Assembly: GCA_951406725.2 (NCBI GenBank)
Contig: OX597815.1
Coordinates: forward strand, 182,032,001 to 182,096,000
Direction: 5' to 3'
Length of the DNA: 64,000 nt
DNA from: Octopus vulgaris
Lineage: Eukaryota
In this document: one piece after another, positions 11,720-23,955 of the stretch
How positions within the stretch are numbered: position 1 is the stretch's first letter
Layout: the number at the start of each line of letters is the position of its first letter
Position numbers and translations under genes: made by a program
Notes under the pieces: generated by a model
Seen by the model: the letters and a program-made list of their open reading frames with translations, nothing else
What the model was told of the DNA's origin: nothing
Databases searched by the model: none

Positions 11720-12250
11720 TAGTTTTATTTTTATTTTTATAGTGTGCTTTCACTTCACTACCGAGCACAGCTCTGTGTGCCTTGGGTATGTGCTGTGATT
11801 TGTTGTGATGCTCTGATGGTTATTGTATGGAAAGTGTTCTGCGTAGGATGTGTGCAGTGCCTAGTAGTGCAATTTTCTGTATGTTATATGTCTTTGTAAG
11901 TCCTGGTGTTTTTGTTATGTATTTGTCTGAATATTTTTTTATCATGCCTAATGCACCTACTATGATAGGAATTGTTTCTGTTTTCAGATTCCACATTCTA
12001 GTTACCTCTATTTCCAGGTCTTTGTATTTTGAGAGTTTCTCCATTTCTTTTAGAGACACGTTGTCATCTGCCGGTACTGATACATCAATTAGAAAGCATT
12101 TTTTTTCTTCATGGTCTCTGACAACTATATCTGGTCTGTTGGCCTTAATTTCTCTATCTGTGTGTATCGGCATATCCCAGAGTATGGTTGCTTTCTCGTT
12201 TTCTGTGACCTTTTCTGGTGTGTGCCTATACCATCTTTTTTCTGTTGTTA
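11717..12250 (-). mobile_element. Dong/R4-clade non-LTR retrotransposon 3' end (restriction-like endonuclease) in a (TAA)n tract
   Basis: ILWD...NRPDIVV...LIDVSVP...EKLSKYKDL...PIIVGALG RLE motif, stop at 11820, flanked by (TTA)n. Confidence 0.9.
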
Positions 12251-12971
12251 TTCTTCTTCTTCTTCTTCTTCTTATTATTATTATTATTACTATTATTATT
12301 ATTATTATTATTTGCATTTGTAAAATCGGTACAGAAAAAAAATGTTACCTTCTTTGAAATGTAAAACTGATAACTAATATCTTCAAATGTCTAATGAGTG
12401 AATTACAGACTTATCTTCTTCTTGTGCAAAACATATTGCCCTTCAAATAAGTTTTGATGTTATTTACAATGATTTTGCATAAGTGTGATTAGCATAAATT
12501 AGAATAATATATTAGGATTTAAGTCTATACGTAAATTAATGTCCTGGCATGAAATAGCCATCAATCAATACTTTGAAAATATTTTTATAAGAAATACATT
12601 ACATTCTTTATTAAATCTGTTTTGCATAAGATACTCAGCAATAATTACAAATAACATGAAGGTGTAAAGATTTAAGTTATTTTCAAACAGGGATTCATCT
12701 AGAAAGCCAGAAATATACCAAAGATATATTGAAGGCAACCAATAGTTTTTAATATGTAATATAGTTGAATGAGAAATTCTGCATGCAAGTAAGCATTTGC
12801 TAAGACCTTTCTCTCAGCTCCCCTTAATAGGGCAAGCTGTAGTTATTCAACAGGTGTGGTGGACAGTCTAAGAGATTTACAGGGAACTAAAACAGAAGCA
12901 GTTAACTGTTTGGGCATCAATGAAAGGCAGTCAATGAACTGCTTCGAAGGTAGCCTATACTTATTTGATAG

Positions 12972-13208
12972 TTTCTTATTTCTTTATTGCCTACAAGGGG
13001 CTAAACATAGAGAGGACAAACAAGGACAGACAAACGGATTAAGTCGATTACATCGACCCCAGTGCATAACTGGTACTTAATTTATCGACCCCGAAAGGAT
13101 GAACGGCAAAGTCAACCTTGGCAGAATTTGAACTCAGAACGTAATGGCAAATGAAATACTGTTAAGCATTTCGCCCAGCGTGCTAACGTTCCTGCCAGCT
13201 CTCTGTCT
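12972..13208 (-). mobile_element. SINE family B
   Basis: Full-length match. Confidence 0.8.
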
Positions 13209-13299
13209 TATTTGATAGTTTCTGCCACCTGAGTTATCTCGTTAGCATTAGAGGTGGTTAGATCACATGAATAAATTTTAGAATAAGAGATACAAAACA

Positions 13300-13720
13300 T
13301 TGAATGAGCTGTTTTGTTTGTTGGCAGCAAAGAGTTTCTCCATCTGTGAAAAAAATTTGTATGTAGCCAGGATAAGTTGAGCAATTCTAAGTAGTTGTGA
13401 GGCTCAGCAAGTGTATAAAGCTGATATATGATCTTGGACTGAAATGAGGTGAGTATGAACTGCTGGTTTAGTAATGCTAATGATTATGAAAGGTAGAATA
13501 AAGTAGAGGCTCTGGCAGGGCCTTAAAAGTATAACCTGAAGAGAACTAGAGAATTGGCTGAGATGGACTTCGATCATGAATGTGAAAATGATGCGGGCTA
13601 AAAAGTGCTGTAAGCCATTGGTGGAGAGTATCTATGGCAGAGATATTCTGGGGAAGATGTGGGTAAAATTTGTGAGACCAGATTTCATAATGCTAAGAAA
13701 ATATCAAGACATCTGACTAT
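13300..13720 (-). mobile_element. Highly decayed LINE reverse-transcriptase remnant
   Basis: Faint LDI..A / W...F / SG..QG...TLF spacing with many frameshifts. Confidence 0.3.
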
Positions 13721-13777
13721 TTTGATTGCAAGTGTGGGGAAATGAAAATTAATTTATTAAGGATGAGGATTATTCAC

Positions 13778-14153
13778 AGGTGTGATTGTGTGGTAAGAAA
13801 CTTGCTTCCCAACCACATGGTTCTAGGTTCAATTCCACAGCGTGGCACCTTGGGCAAGTGTCTTCTACTATAGCCTTGTGTGTAGATTTGGTAGACAGAA
13901 AGTGGAAGAAGGTGGTGAGCTGGCAGAAATGTTAGCATGCGGGGAGAAATGTTTAGTGGTATTTCATCTGCCATTATGTTCTGAGTTCAAATTCCACCAA
14001 GGTCGACTTTGCCTTTCGTCCTTTTGGAGTCAATAAATTAAGTACCAGTTACACACTAGGGTCAATGTAATCGACTTTGTCTGTCCTTGTTTGTCTTCTG
14101 TATGTTTAGCCCCTTGTGGGCAATAAAGAAATAAGAAATTAAAAGAAGCCCTT

Positions 14154-14195
<42 letters not shown>

Positions 14196-14380
14196 ACCAA
14201 TGCTTGACAACCGGTGTTTACTTCCCCATGCCTAAGTGGTTCTTCAAAAGGAACTGACAGAATAACAACCAAACCTGAAACAAAAAAAGTACTAGGATTG
14301 AATCGTTGAACTAAAAGTTCTTCAAGATGTTGCCCCAGAATGGCCACAGCCTAATGATTAAAACAAGAGAAAAGATATAG
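13778..14380 (+). mobile_element. SINE A with nested SINE B (13910-14138)
   Basis: Family A head, family B insert, then the family A body resumes. Confidence 0.75.
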
Positions 14381-14817
14381 ATATAAAACCTCGAGTCTAC
14401 ATAATATTTGTTTACTGATTTATAGGAATCCACATCTGCCTATCTTGATGGAAAAATATATATATAAAAAGAAAGAAATATATAAAAACTTAAGAGCAGA
14501 GTCCACAGTGATCCGTATGTAGGAGAGGTGCAGCCGGAGGGTAAATATCCAAATGAGAATCCGTAAAGGGTAGATAGAGAGTCCAGTGGAGAAGTTCATG
14601 TGTGGTAAGAAACGACAGGATCAACCTATAAAAACTTAGGTTGATGTTTAATCTATAACCATGGCTATAGATTAAATATCTTGACTCTCAGAATCTTTGG
14701 TTCTTTTGAACCTGTCACCTCTGAGAATGCCAAACTTAGAATGTTCATATATTAGGTTTCTGAAATTTTAGATGAAATTTATGATAAAAGTTATAAAAAT
14801 ATACTTTATGTGCATCT

Positions 14818-15317
14818 AATCATCATCATCATCATCATCGTTTCCATGCTAGCATGGGTTGGACGATTTTGACTGAGGGCTGGTGGCCGTACCAGGCTCC
14901 AATCATGATCTGGCAGAGTTTCTGCAGCTGGATGCCCTTCCTAACGCCAACCACTCTGAGAGTGTAGTGGGTGCTTTTACGTGCCACCGGCACATGGGCC
15001 AGTCAGGCGGTACTGGCAATGACCTCGCTCGAATCTTTTTACACATGCCACCGGCACAGGTGCCAGTAAGGTGACGCTGGTAATGATCACTCTCGAATAG
15101 TGCCCTTTTACGTGGCACCGGCACGGAAGCCAGTTGGCCGCTCTGGCAAAGATCACGCTCGGATGGTGCTCTTGGCACCCTATTAGTATGGGCAAAAGTG
15201 CCAGTAAGGCAACACAGGTAACGATCACACTCGAATGGTGCCTTTTATGTGCCACTGGCATGGAAGCCGGTTAGCCACTCTGTCAATGATCACACTTGTA
15301 TGGTGCTCTTTGCACCC
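14818..15317 (-). mobile_element. RTE LINE 3'UTR (family C)
   Basis: Same structure as 4304-4840. Confidence 0.8.
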
Positions 15318-15962
15318 AACAAAACTGTACAATTAGATACAATACTATTTATTCCATTAATCAAAAACCAATTAAATTTATTTTTAACACATGAAGAGTA
15401 ATTTCTATATACAAAACAGTGGTTTACATTTTCCAATTGTAAAATTGTTAGATTTTATGGTATCTTGTTTTTGTGGTGAATAGAATATTGATATCAAGTA
15501 CATGTTTATTATCTGCAGCTCTTATTTTTCAATATAATGGAAATTATTAAAAGCAAAGAGAATGCTAAACATGTACATTTCTTACAATTTATTTTTATTC
15601 CTTATCTTATTTCTAATTTATCATAATTTATAAATATGATTTGGAATAATATTTATGTTCTTTGTCATGTACACTATTAAAACATGGTTATGAAACTGTT
15701 TAGATTATTCAACACATTTGTAATATTCATAAAAGCAATAAAAAGAAAAAAAAACTGAGGAATGGTAAAGAATGGCATTTGAAGCTAGCTATTTCTTTGA
15801 AGAAATGAGAAGTGTTGGCGGCTTGTCAATGAAGCCAGTTAATACATGACAGAAATGTCAGAATTCACTTCTCATAACACATGAACAAAGGACTCTCTAC
15901 AAATTCACTTGATCATCTCAAAAAAGCAGCCACATTTCCCTCAAACTATATTATATACTGTC

Positions 15963-17108
15963 TTAACCCTTTCGTTACTGTATTTATTTTGAAATGCTCT
16001 GTGTTTCTTTCAATTACTTTACATATAATAAAGAATTTAGTAAAATTACTTAGTTTTCATTAAGCTAGTGTTAGGAACATAAATTGTGACTAAGGTTTGG
16101 TGGAAGATTTTAATTCAAAACTTATTGAAACAAGGCATTTATACTCAGAGCCAGAACCGGTTTCAGGCAGGTTGGTATCTTAAGGGTTAGGAATTGTGTC
16201 TCTATTATATATTTTAACCCTTTTGTTACCATATTTCTGTTGAGATTCTCTGTGTTTCTATTAATTTCAAATATAACAAAGAATTTAATGAAGTAACTTG
16301 GTTTTCATTAAGCTAGTGTTAGGAACATAAATTGTGACTAAGGTTTGAAGGAAGATTTTAATTCAAAACTTATGGAAACAAGACATTTGTACTCAGAGCC
16401 AGAACCGGTTTCAGGCAGGTTGGTATCAAAAGGGTTAACAATTGTCTCTACTATGTATTTTAACCCTTTCATTACTACATTTGTGTTGAGATACTCTGTG
16501 TTTCTTTCAATTAATTTTAAATATAACAAAGAATTTACTAAAATAACTTAGTTATCATTCAGCTAATGTTAGGAACATAAATTGTGACTAAGATTTGGTG
16601 GAAGATTTTAATTCAGAATTTATGAAAACAAGACATTTCTTCTACAGAGCCAGAGTCGGTTTCAGCTGGGTTAATATCAAAAGGGTTATACACACCTCTA
16701 CATTTGGGCAGATGTATATTGGAACCAGTTGGAAGGGTGTGGATTGAAGGAAATTTAGGCTATTATTTCTAGCATATAGATTAACCACATTGAGGTCTCC
16801 TTCTCACATGTCTTCTGCTGATAATTTTTCTTTTTAATCTTTTTGTTACTGTATTTATTTTGAGATGTTCTGTGTTTCTTTCAATTACTTGAAATATAAC
16901 AAAGAATTTAGTAAAATAAATTAGTTATCCATTAAGCTGGTGTTAGGAACATAAATTGTGACTAAGGTTTGGTGGAAGATTTTAATTGAGAACTTATGAA
17001 AACAAGACATTTGTACTCAGAGCCAGAGCTGGTTTCAGACGGGTTGGTAACGAAAGGGTTAACAATTGTCTCTACTATATATTTTAACCCTTTCATTACC
17101 ACATTTCT
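15963..17108 (+). mobile_element. Tandem cluster of piggyBac-type MITEs (about 220 bp, 4 copies plus a stub)
   Basis: TTAA-CCCTTT(C)GTTAC...GTAACGAAAGGG-TTAA units at 15967-16186, 16218-16434, 16464-16685, 16838-17058. Confidence 0.85.
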
Positions 17109-18159
17109 AAGGAAACGTGATAGTGTACCGCAGCAAAATATTATCATCATCATCACTTAACATCTGTTTCCCATGCTGGCATGTGTTGGACAGTTTGACA
17201 GGAGCTGCAAGCCCAGGTGTCACATCAGGTTTTACCATCTGTTTTGGCATGATTTCTGCAGTTGGATGCCCTTCATAACTCCAAACTCTTTACAGAGTGT
17301 ACTGGATGCTTTCTATGTGCCACCAGCACCAGTACATTTTACAGGGCACCAAACAAATTATACTAGTTTAGATGCAATGAGATAAAAATAAAAATCAGTT
17401 TTCGTCGAGTGTTTTGTTAGTTTAAGAAAATGGCAGATTGTCTGCTGGTTACAAATAAAGTTGTTTATTGATTTCCAAAATGCATTTTTTGCATTTCTTC
17501 CATAATAAGTGTCCTTGCCCAAAGCACCAAAAGCTTTGTTGCCTGTAATCTTGTCGTTTTTTATGAACTTTACATGACATAAAATGTTTTGTTACTAAAG
17601 TGTCTGATGTTTCCTTGGTTTTATGATGCAAAACTGTTTCTGGTGAAGTTTTCCAATTCAAATGAAAAATTTCCATCAGAATTTTTGTGGCAACATTTTA
17701 TTAAGGTTTATTTTAAAAATCGATTTAATAAAAAAAATTAAATATTTTGCTAATCCACTCTAAATTTTATATTATCTCACAATTAATTGAAAAGCATAGG
17801 CAGTGTATTTTATTACAAGTGTCACAAAAAGTTTAAAAGAAAAAATTATTACTAAGCTTATTTAGCCTAAGAGAGGAATTAGATTTTTCCTAAGCATAAT
17901 GTTGTTAGATTCAACTTCTAATGTGAAGTATCACTATGCAGATAATTTAATTTATATAAGTTAAAGAAACAGAAAAATAATTTAGAATTTGATACAAAAT
18001 ATGTTGTAAGTTTACATGCATTAATTGTTGGTAACAGAACAGCACAGACATGATAACTTGCTACCAACAGAAGCCAAATCTCTCCAACGGTGGTCCCTAA
18101 AGAAATCGTTGAATAATGTAGTCTGAAGTGAAGCTTTATGTACAAGGAAACACTCTATT

Positions 18160-18420
18160 GTACCAATCTGATATTTAGAAGTCCTCAATTGTTCAACTGC
18201 CTGATTATAGACATCAGAAATGTAAAAAGAAACTCTGCTGAAATATTGAGAAATAAAAAATTAAAAAAAAAACATTGGATAAGTTCTTAATGACAATGCC
18301 ATACCTGGCAACCATTCAGGAAAAAGCTCAGGGAAGTAAGTTCCAGCCATAAAGTGACAGCGAAACTGAGAAAGATAAAAGATGGTGATCCGGTATGGTT
18401 GCAGTCATATAACTGAAACC
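18160..18420 (+). mobile_element. Decayed CR1-group LINE 3' end
   Basis: FRSPQLFNCL..DIRN...LDKFL..MP pattern. Confidence 0.45.
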
Positions 18421-18455
18421 ATAAAAAAAAATGCTTAAAAACTGATGAGACTATA

Positions 18456-18892
18456 CAGTTCTATAATTAAGAGATGAGGAATTATTTACATTTGACAGAT
18501 ATTTGTCCTCATCTTGTTTGTTGTTAACATGTTTCAGCTGATATAACCTCCAGCCTTCATCAGGTGTCTTCGGGAAATTTTAAACCTGGGTTCTCATTCC
18601 TAAGGTATTTTTTGATGTTGTTATTAATATTATTGTTCAGGCCACTGCCTGGAATCGAACTCGGAATCTTGGGGTTAGTAACACTGCACAGGGCTAACCC
18701 CAAGATTCCGAGTTCGATTCCAGGCAGTGGCCTGAATAATAATAACATCAAAAAGTACCTTAGGAATGAGAACCCAGGTTTAAAATTTCCCCAAGACACC
18801 TGATGAAGGCTGGAGGGTATATCAGCTGAAACATGTTAACAACAAACAAGATGAGGACAAATATCTGTCAAATGTAAATAAGGTAAATAATG
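18456..18892. mobile_element. tRNA-hammerhead family E, head-to-head inverted pair
   Basis: Near-perfect palindrome of about 200-bp arms around 18680-18693. Each arm has a B box, (AAT)n and CTGATGA...GAAAC. Confidence 0.85.
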
Positions 18893-19272
18893 AAGCTATC
18901 TTGAATGGAATGTATTTGATGAAAGGGTGATTCAATGAGGAGCTGATCTGGACTAAAAACAACCACCACAAGTAGATATTACAGATTAATTGCAGAAGAA
19001 ACAGAATACTGAGCTGAGAGCAATGACATGTTTACATAAAGTATGTAATATAATATTTAGATTTATGAGTTTATAGAGCAAGATGCTGATGCTAAAATTG
19101 CTTTAAAATAGCATTTAATAACTGTAGTTACAACAGCTTTGCTTATGCTTGTTGCAGATTCCAGTATCTGAAGAATTCGTTCTTGGCTTTACTGAAATAT
19201 CAATAAAGTTACTGACGTAAATATTAACAAGTTAAAGCATTGATATTTATGTTAGAAGCGAGAATTAGAAAA

Positions 19273-19435
19273 GGTGTGCAGGAGTGGCTGTATGGTAAAT
19301 AGCTTGCTTACCAACCACATGGTTCCGGATTCAATCCCACTGCATGGCACCTTGGGCAAGTGTCTTCTTTTACTGTAGCCTTGGGCTGACCAAAGCCTTG
19401 TGAGTGGATTTGGTAGACGGAAACTGAAAGAAGCC

Positions 19436-19485
<50 letters not shown>

Positions 19486-19692
19486 ATGTTTGTGTCTGTG
19501 TTTGTCCCCCCACCTCAACATCGCTTGACAACCGATGCTGGTGTGTTTACATCCCCATTCATTCGGTAAGAAAGACCGATAGAATAAGTACTAGGCTTAC
19601 AAAGAATAAGTCCTGGGGTTGATTTGCTTGATTAAAGGTGGTGCTCCAGCATGGCTGCAGTCAAATATGTGAAACAAATGGAAGAAAGAAAA
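19273..19692 (+). mobile_element. Full-length tRNA-derived SINE family A (CORE-like)
   Basis: A/B-box-like head, ccttgggcaagt CORE-like motif, internal (TA)n/(TG)n, A-rich tail. Confidence 0.85.
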
Positions 19693-20557
19693 ACCGATTT
19701 TGAAAAAGAGAGTTAAGACTAATTAATAAGTAAATAATTATAAATGAATTGACTTCGGTGCTAGAAATGGCAGTCAACACAATGCACAACAGAATTATTG
19801 TAAAGCTAATATGGTAACTTGGTTTTACTTTGGAATAACACACAACCTGAACTAAATATCTAATGTACAATCAAACCTCGCTACGAGGTAATTAACTAAT
19901 TGTTTAAACAACCTATTACATTACATTGGTGTCTAATCACTGGTCACTGACATTGCATTATAATGAAGAGATACAAAATTGTGTAACAGCAAGTATTAAC
20001 AATAATTGTATCAACTTCCTTATAACATACAATTTTCGACAACATTCAATTACATATACAATTAATTATACAACTCTTGTGTAATTTTTAAATAGCAGCC
20101 TCTAATCACTAGGAACAAGCCAACAGAGTCAGTACAATTAGTGCAGTGCAATTAAGGAAACTACGTAAGATAGATTTTTGAGAAATCTTTATACCAGAGG
20201 CAAATTTAATTAACATTTGAATTATAGAAATAAATCTTTCCTAAAAAGTATTATAAATTTATATTATGGCTCTTTCAGACAGTTTATATTTATTGAACTT
20301 CAAAATATCTTCAAGGATAAGTGCATTACTCGTGACATAATATGATCAAAGGTTTGAGATATTTTTCCAAGACGGTTTACACTACAGGAATACGTTCTCA
20401 AATCGATGGTTTATTCAGCAAGGTAATTAATAATAAAGTGACAACTAACCAGCTGAGAAGCATTATTGACAGGAATAAGAATGATAGTATAAATACATTC
20501 GTAGTTTCAGTTTTCATAGGCTTTTAGAAGTATTACTTTGTTCATCTATTTTAAGTG

Positions 20558-20892
20558 ATTATTTGCATTATTTACATTTGACGGATATTTGTCCTCGTCT
20601 TGTTTGTTGTCAACACAAAGTTTCAGCTGATATACCCTCCAGCCTTCATTAGGTGTCTTGGGGAAATTTCAAACCTGGGTTCTCATTCCTAAAGTATTTT
20701 CCAGGTAGTGACCTGAAGAAGAAGGAGGAGAAGAAGAAGAAGAAGGAGAAGAAGAAGAAGAAGAAGAAGAAGAAGAAGAAGAAGAAGAAGAAGAAGAAAA
20801 AGAAGAAGAAGAAGTAGAAGAAAAAGAAGAAGAAGAAGTAGAAGAAGTAGAAGAAGTAGAAGAAGAAGAAGAAGAAGAAGAAGAAGAAGAAG

Positions 20893-20930
<38 letters not shown>

Positions 20931-21128
20931 CGACACCACCACCACCACCATCGAAAAATACCTTAGGAATCAGAACCCAGGTTCGAAATTTCCCCAAGAC
21001 ACCTGATGAAGGCTGGAGGGTATATCAGCCGAAATGTTGTCTTAACAAAGAAGATGAGGACAAATATCGGTCAAATGTAAATAATGTAAATAATGTACAT
21101 AATTCCCCATCTCTTAAATATAGAACTG
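20558..21128. mobile_element. Family E inverted pair with central (GAA)n/(CAA)n/(CAC)n
   Basis: Arms 20558-20700 and 20949-21092, tail to 21128, TSD tattttaagtg at 20547-20557 and 21129-21139. Confidence 0.85.
20715..20950 (+). repeat. Compound trinucleotide microsatellite
   Basis: (GAA)n, then (CAA)n, then (CAC)n. Confidence 0.95.
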
Positions 21129-21377
21129 TATTTTAAGTGGCATTGCAAGTAAAATTAAAGTATTCTTTTTCTAGTTCCTGTCACATTACCGTGGTTATTT
21201 TAATTCCAGAGAAGAATGAAAGGCAAAGCTGACTGGGCATAAAGGAATGTAAGAGACTGGAATATCATGGACCATTTTTGTTTGAAATTTGGATATTTGC
21301 CTTCCATCTTTGTAGAACATTGAATAACTTAGGTGACATTGAAGATAAGAATTCTACTGTTCTAGGCCCTTGATTAA

Positions 21378-21597
21378 CCCTTTTGTTACCAACCCGGCTG
21401 AAACTGGTTCTGACTCTGAGTACAAATGTCTTGTTTTCATAAGTTTTGAATTAAAATCTTCCACCAAACCTTAGTCACAATTTATGTTCCAAACACTAGC
21501 TCAATGATAACTAAGTTATTTTACTAAATTCTTTGTTATATTTAAAATAGTTCAAAGAAACACAGAGCATCTCAACAGAAATATGGTAACAAAAGGG
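21378..21597 (-). mobile_element. piggyBac-type MITE (same family as the 15963 cluster)
   Basis: Reverse complement of the 220-bp unit; TTAA on the left. Confidence 0.85.
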
Positions 21598-22508
21598 TAA
21601 CAATATGGTAACAATGCAGGGAAATGAAAAAAGAAAATGGGTTTGTTACCAAATCAAACCTTCAACAATCCACTCAAATTCTGGATTTCATTCTAATTAA
21701 TAACGACACTGGAAATTTGCTTTTGGTAAATATCAACTCAGTTGGTATTGCAACGAAATCTCCTTTGAAATATATTTTAATTGGGTGAGAATAAAAGAAA
21801 AACTAAAGAATTATATAATGAGGCCTATTTCATTAAGCATCTTAATAAGGCCAGATTGCCAATTTGTCATTTCTCTTTCATGATAATCATTTCAATGAAT
21901 AGATTAAACTGATAGAAAGCATAAGTCACCATCAATCATTGATGTCACTCATTTTGTAATGATTTGTTTGAAGGATGCCAGCATCACTCTGTGATTAAGT
22001 TGCTTAGCTTCACAACTCATATGCCTTTGAATGGGATCCCAGTGTGGCATACATTGAATATGTCTCTATCTATGATATTGTGTCAAGTAAACAAAAGTCT
22101 CATGAGTGAAATGTGGGAGGGACAGACAGACAAACAGACAGGCAGACAGAGACGGATAAAGACAGACAGAGAGACAAAAAGATAAAAGGCAAAGTTGACC
22201 TCGGCAGAATTTATATTCAGAACATAAAGACAGATGAAATGCCGCTAAGCGTTGTGCCTGGTATGCTGAAGATCCTACCAGCTTGCGACCTTAAAGTCAT
22301 CATCATAATGCAGCATAACTGTGCCTAACTCCAAAATTTTATCTAAGTCCATGGTATTAACAGAAAAATACGGCAGAACATTTGATTTCTAATCTGAGAT
22401 AAAATAATTTTTATCATCATTAAATATAGTGCAATCCCATGGGAAACACTCCTATTTAATTACTTAACCTACTAGAAGCAGCAGCCAAATTTTCTCCAAA
22501 TCACACTT

Positions 22509-22540
<32 letters not shown>

Positions 22541-22735
22541 GGGAGAGTTTATGAAAAAAAAACAACAAAAGACGAAGACAGGTAGTGTACAAAACAGATG
22601 TATTAATATAGCGCTCAGGAATAGAAAAAGTCTTTTACGTATTGAGTCTACGCTCTTCTACAGAAAGGGACACCAAAAAAAAAAAAAACAAGGAGAGAAA
22701 CAAGAAGAGAAAAAATGTGTGTAGTGGCTAACGAT

Positions 22736-22737
<2 letters not shown>
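22541..22737 (-). mobile_element. (TA)n-embedded family G element (CUGUAGA hammerhead-like)
   Basis: Aligns with the 30979, 33640, 35430 and 60113 copies. Confidence 0.75.
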
Positions 22738-22771
<34 letters not shown>

Positions 22772-23402
22772 AACAGGACACATTGAGTAATGAGATTTTC
22801 AAACTTGGAGCATCTTCGACCATAGATCTACGTGATCCAGTCTAATATAATAGAAGTATTTACTCAGCTCTCGTTGTATCAACCATGTTTCTGATTTCTC
22901 TTGTGTGTGTGTGTGTGTGTGTATGTGTGTGTGTGTGTTTTATGCTCTTGATGAGTTTAAAAGCAGAACCATTCATAAATGGATGGAGTAAATTATACAT
23001 ATTTTAATTCTTTTTTCCTCTACGATTACAATATTATTATCAGTTGCCATATATTCATATCATTCAATAATTCTGTTTTATTCATTAGCTGTGGTTGTGG
23101 TTTGGTAGATTCAGTGGGACATCAGACAAAATGCTGTAGAATCAAACTCTGAACTATGTGGTTTTGAATCAAAAATCTACATAGCTATCTCTGTATCCAT
23201 ATGGTTGATTAAACTTTTGAAGGTGATGTCCCAGTGTGGCCTATGGAATTCTGAGTGACAAAGAAGTTGAAATAATTTTGGAGTAAATAAATATGTCAAA
23301 AGATTCTGTTGTGTCTGGAGTGAGTCATTTTCTTTTGGTGCCTTATAATTTAACACACTCACCGGTAAAATTTCCATTTATTTCTTTTTTAATTTTTTTT
23401 TT

Positions 23403-23439
23403 CTAAAATTTTTGTTGCATCTTGCAACCTTTTCAATAG
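23403..23439 (-). ncRNA. Hammerhead-like motif with UUGAAAA core (degenerate)
   Basis: cta-TTGAAAA-g gttgc aagat gcaac-AAAAA-TTT-tag; G12 reads A at a probable CpG site. Confidence 0.45.
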
Positions 23440-23511
23440 TCTTGACTTTCCAAAAATGTAATGTCAAAAGATATTCTTGTATAATATAATATAAATTAAA
23501 GCATGCATCTA

Positions 23512-23917
23512 CAGGGTGTCCCAAAATTGAGGCAACCAACTTTTTTCAATTTTGCCAAAGCAAAATATTGTTATATTTTAAGTCCAACTGTTGCAATGGT
23601 AAAGGAAACACAATTATATCTCTACCCCATTTATTCAATTAGAGAGCTGGCTGGTTCGAATCTCAGTTAAAACAAAGCTACAAGGTGTAAGTATACTTTT
23701 TCTTCTTTTTTTCTTTTACTTGTTTCAGTCATTTGACTGTGGCCATGCTGGTGCACTGCCTTTAGTCAAGCAAATCGATCCCAGGACTTATTCTTTGTTA
23801 GCCCAGTACTTATTCTATCAGTCTCTTTTGCCAAACCACTAAGTGACGGGGACGTAATCACACCAGCATCGGTTGTCAAGCAATGTTGGGGGGACAAATA
23901 CAGACACACAAACACAC

Positions 23918-23955
<38 letters not shown>

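Noticed and set aside
11827-12357. 176-aa plus-strand ORF (and 53411-53698)
   Set aside because: Antisense shadow of the Dong/R4 endonuclease frame.
17449-17676. Cys/His-containing ORF resembling a piggyBac C-terminal domain
   Set aside because: Motif spacing is too degraded to support without a search.
20649-20997. Poly-F/L/V ORFs, and similar YI/HT/CV-repeat ORFs throughout the window
   Set aside because: They are translations of microsatellites.
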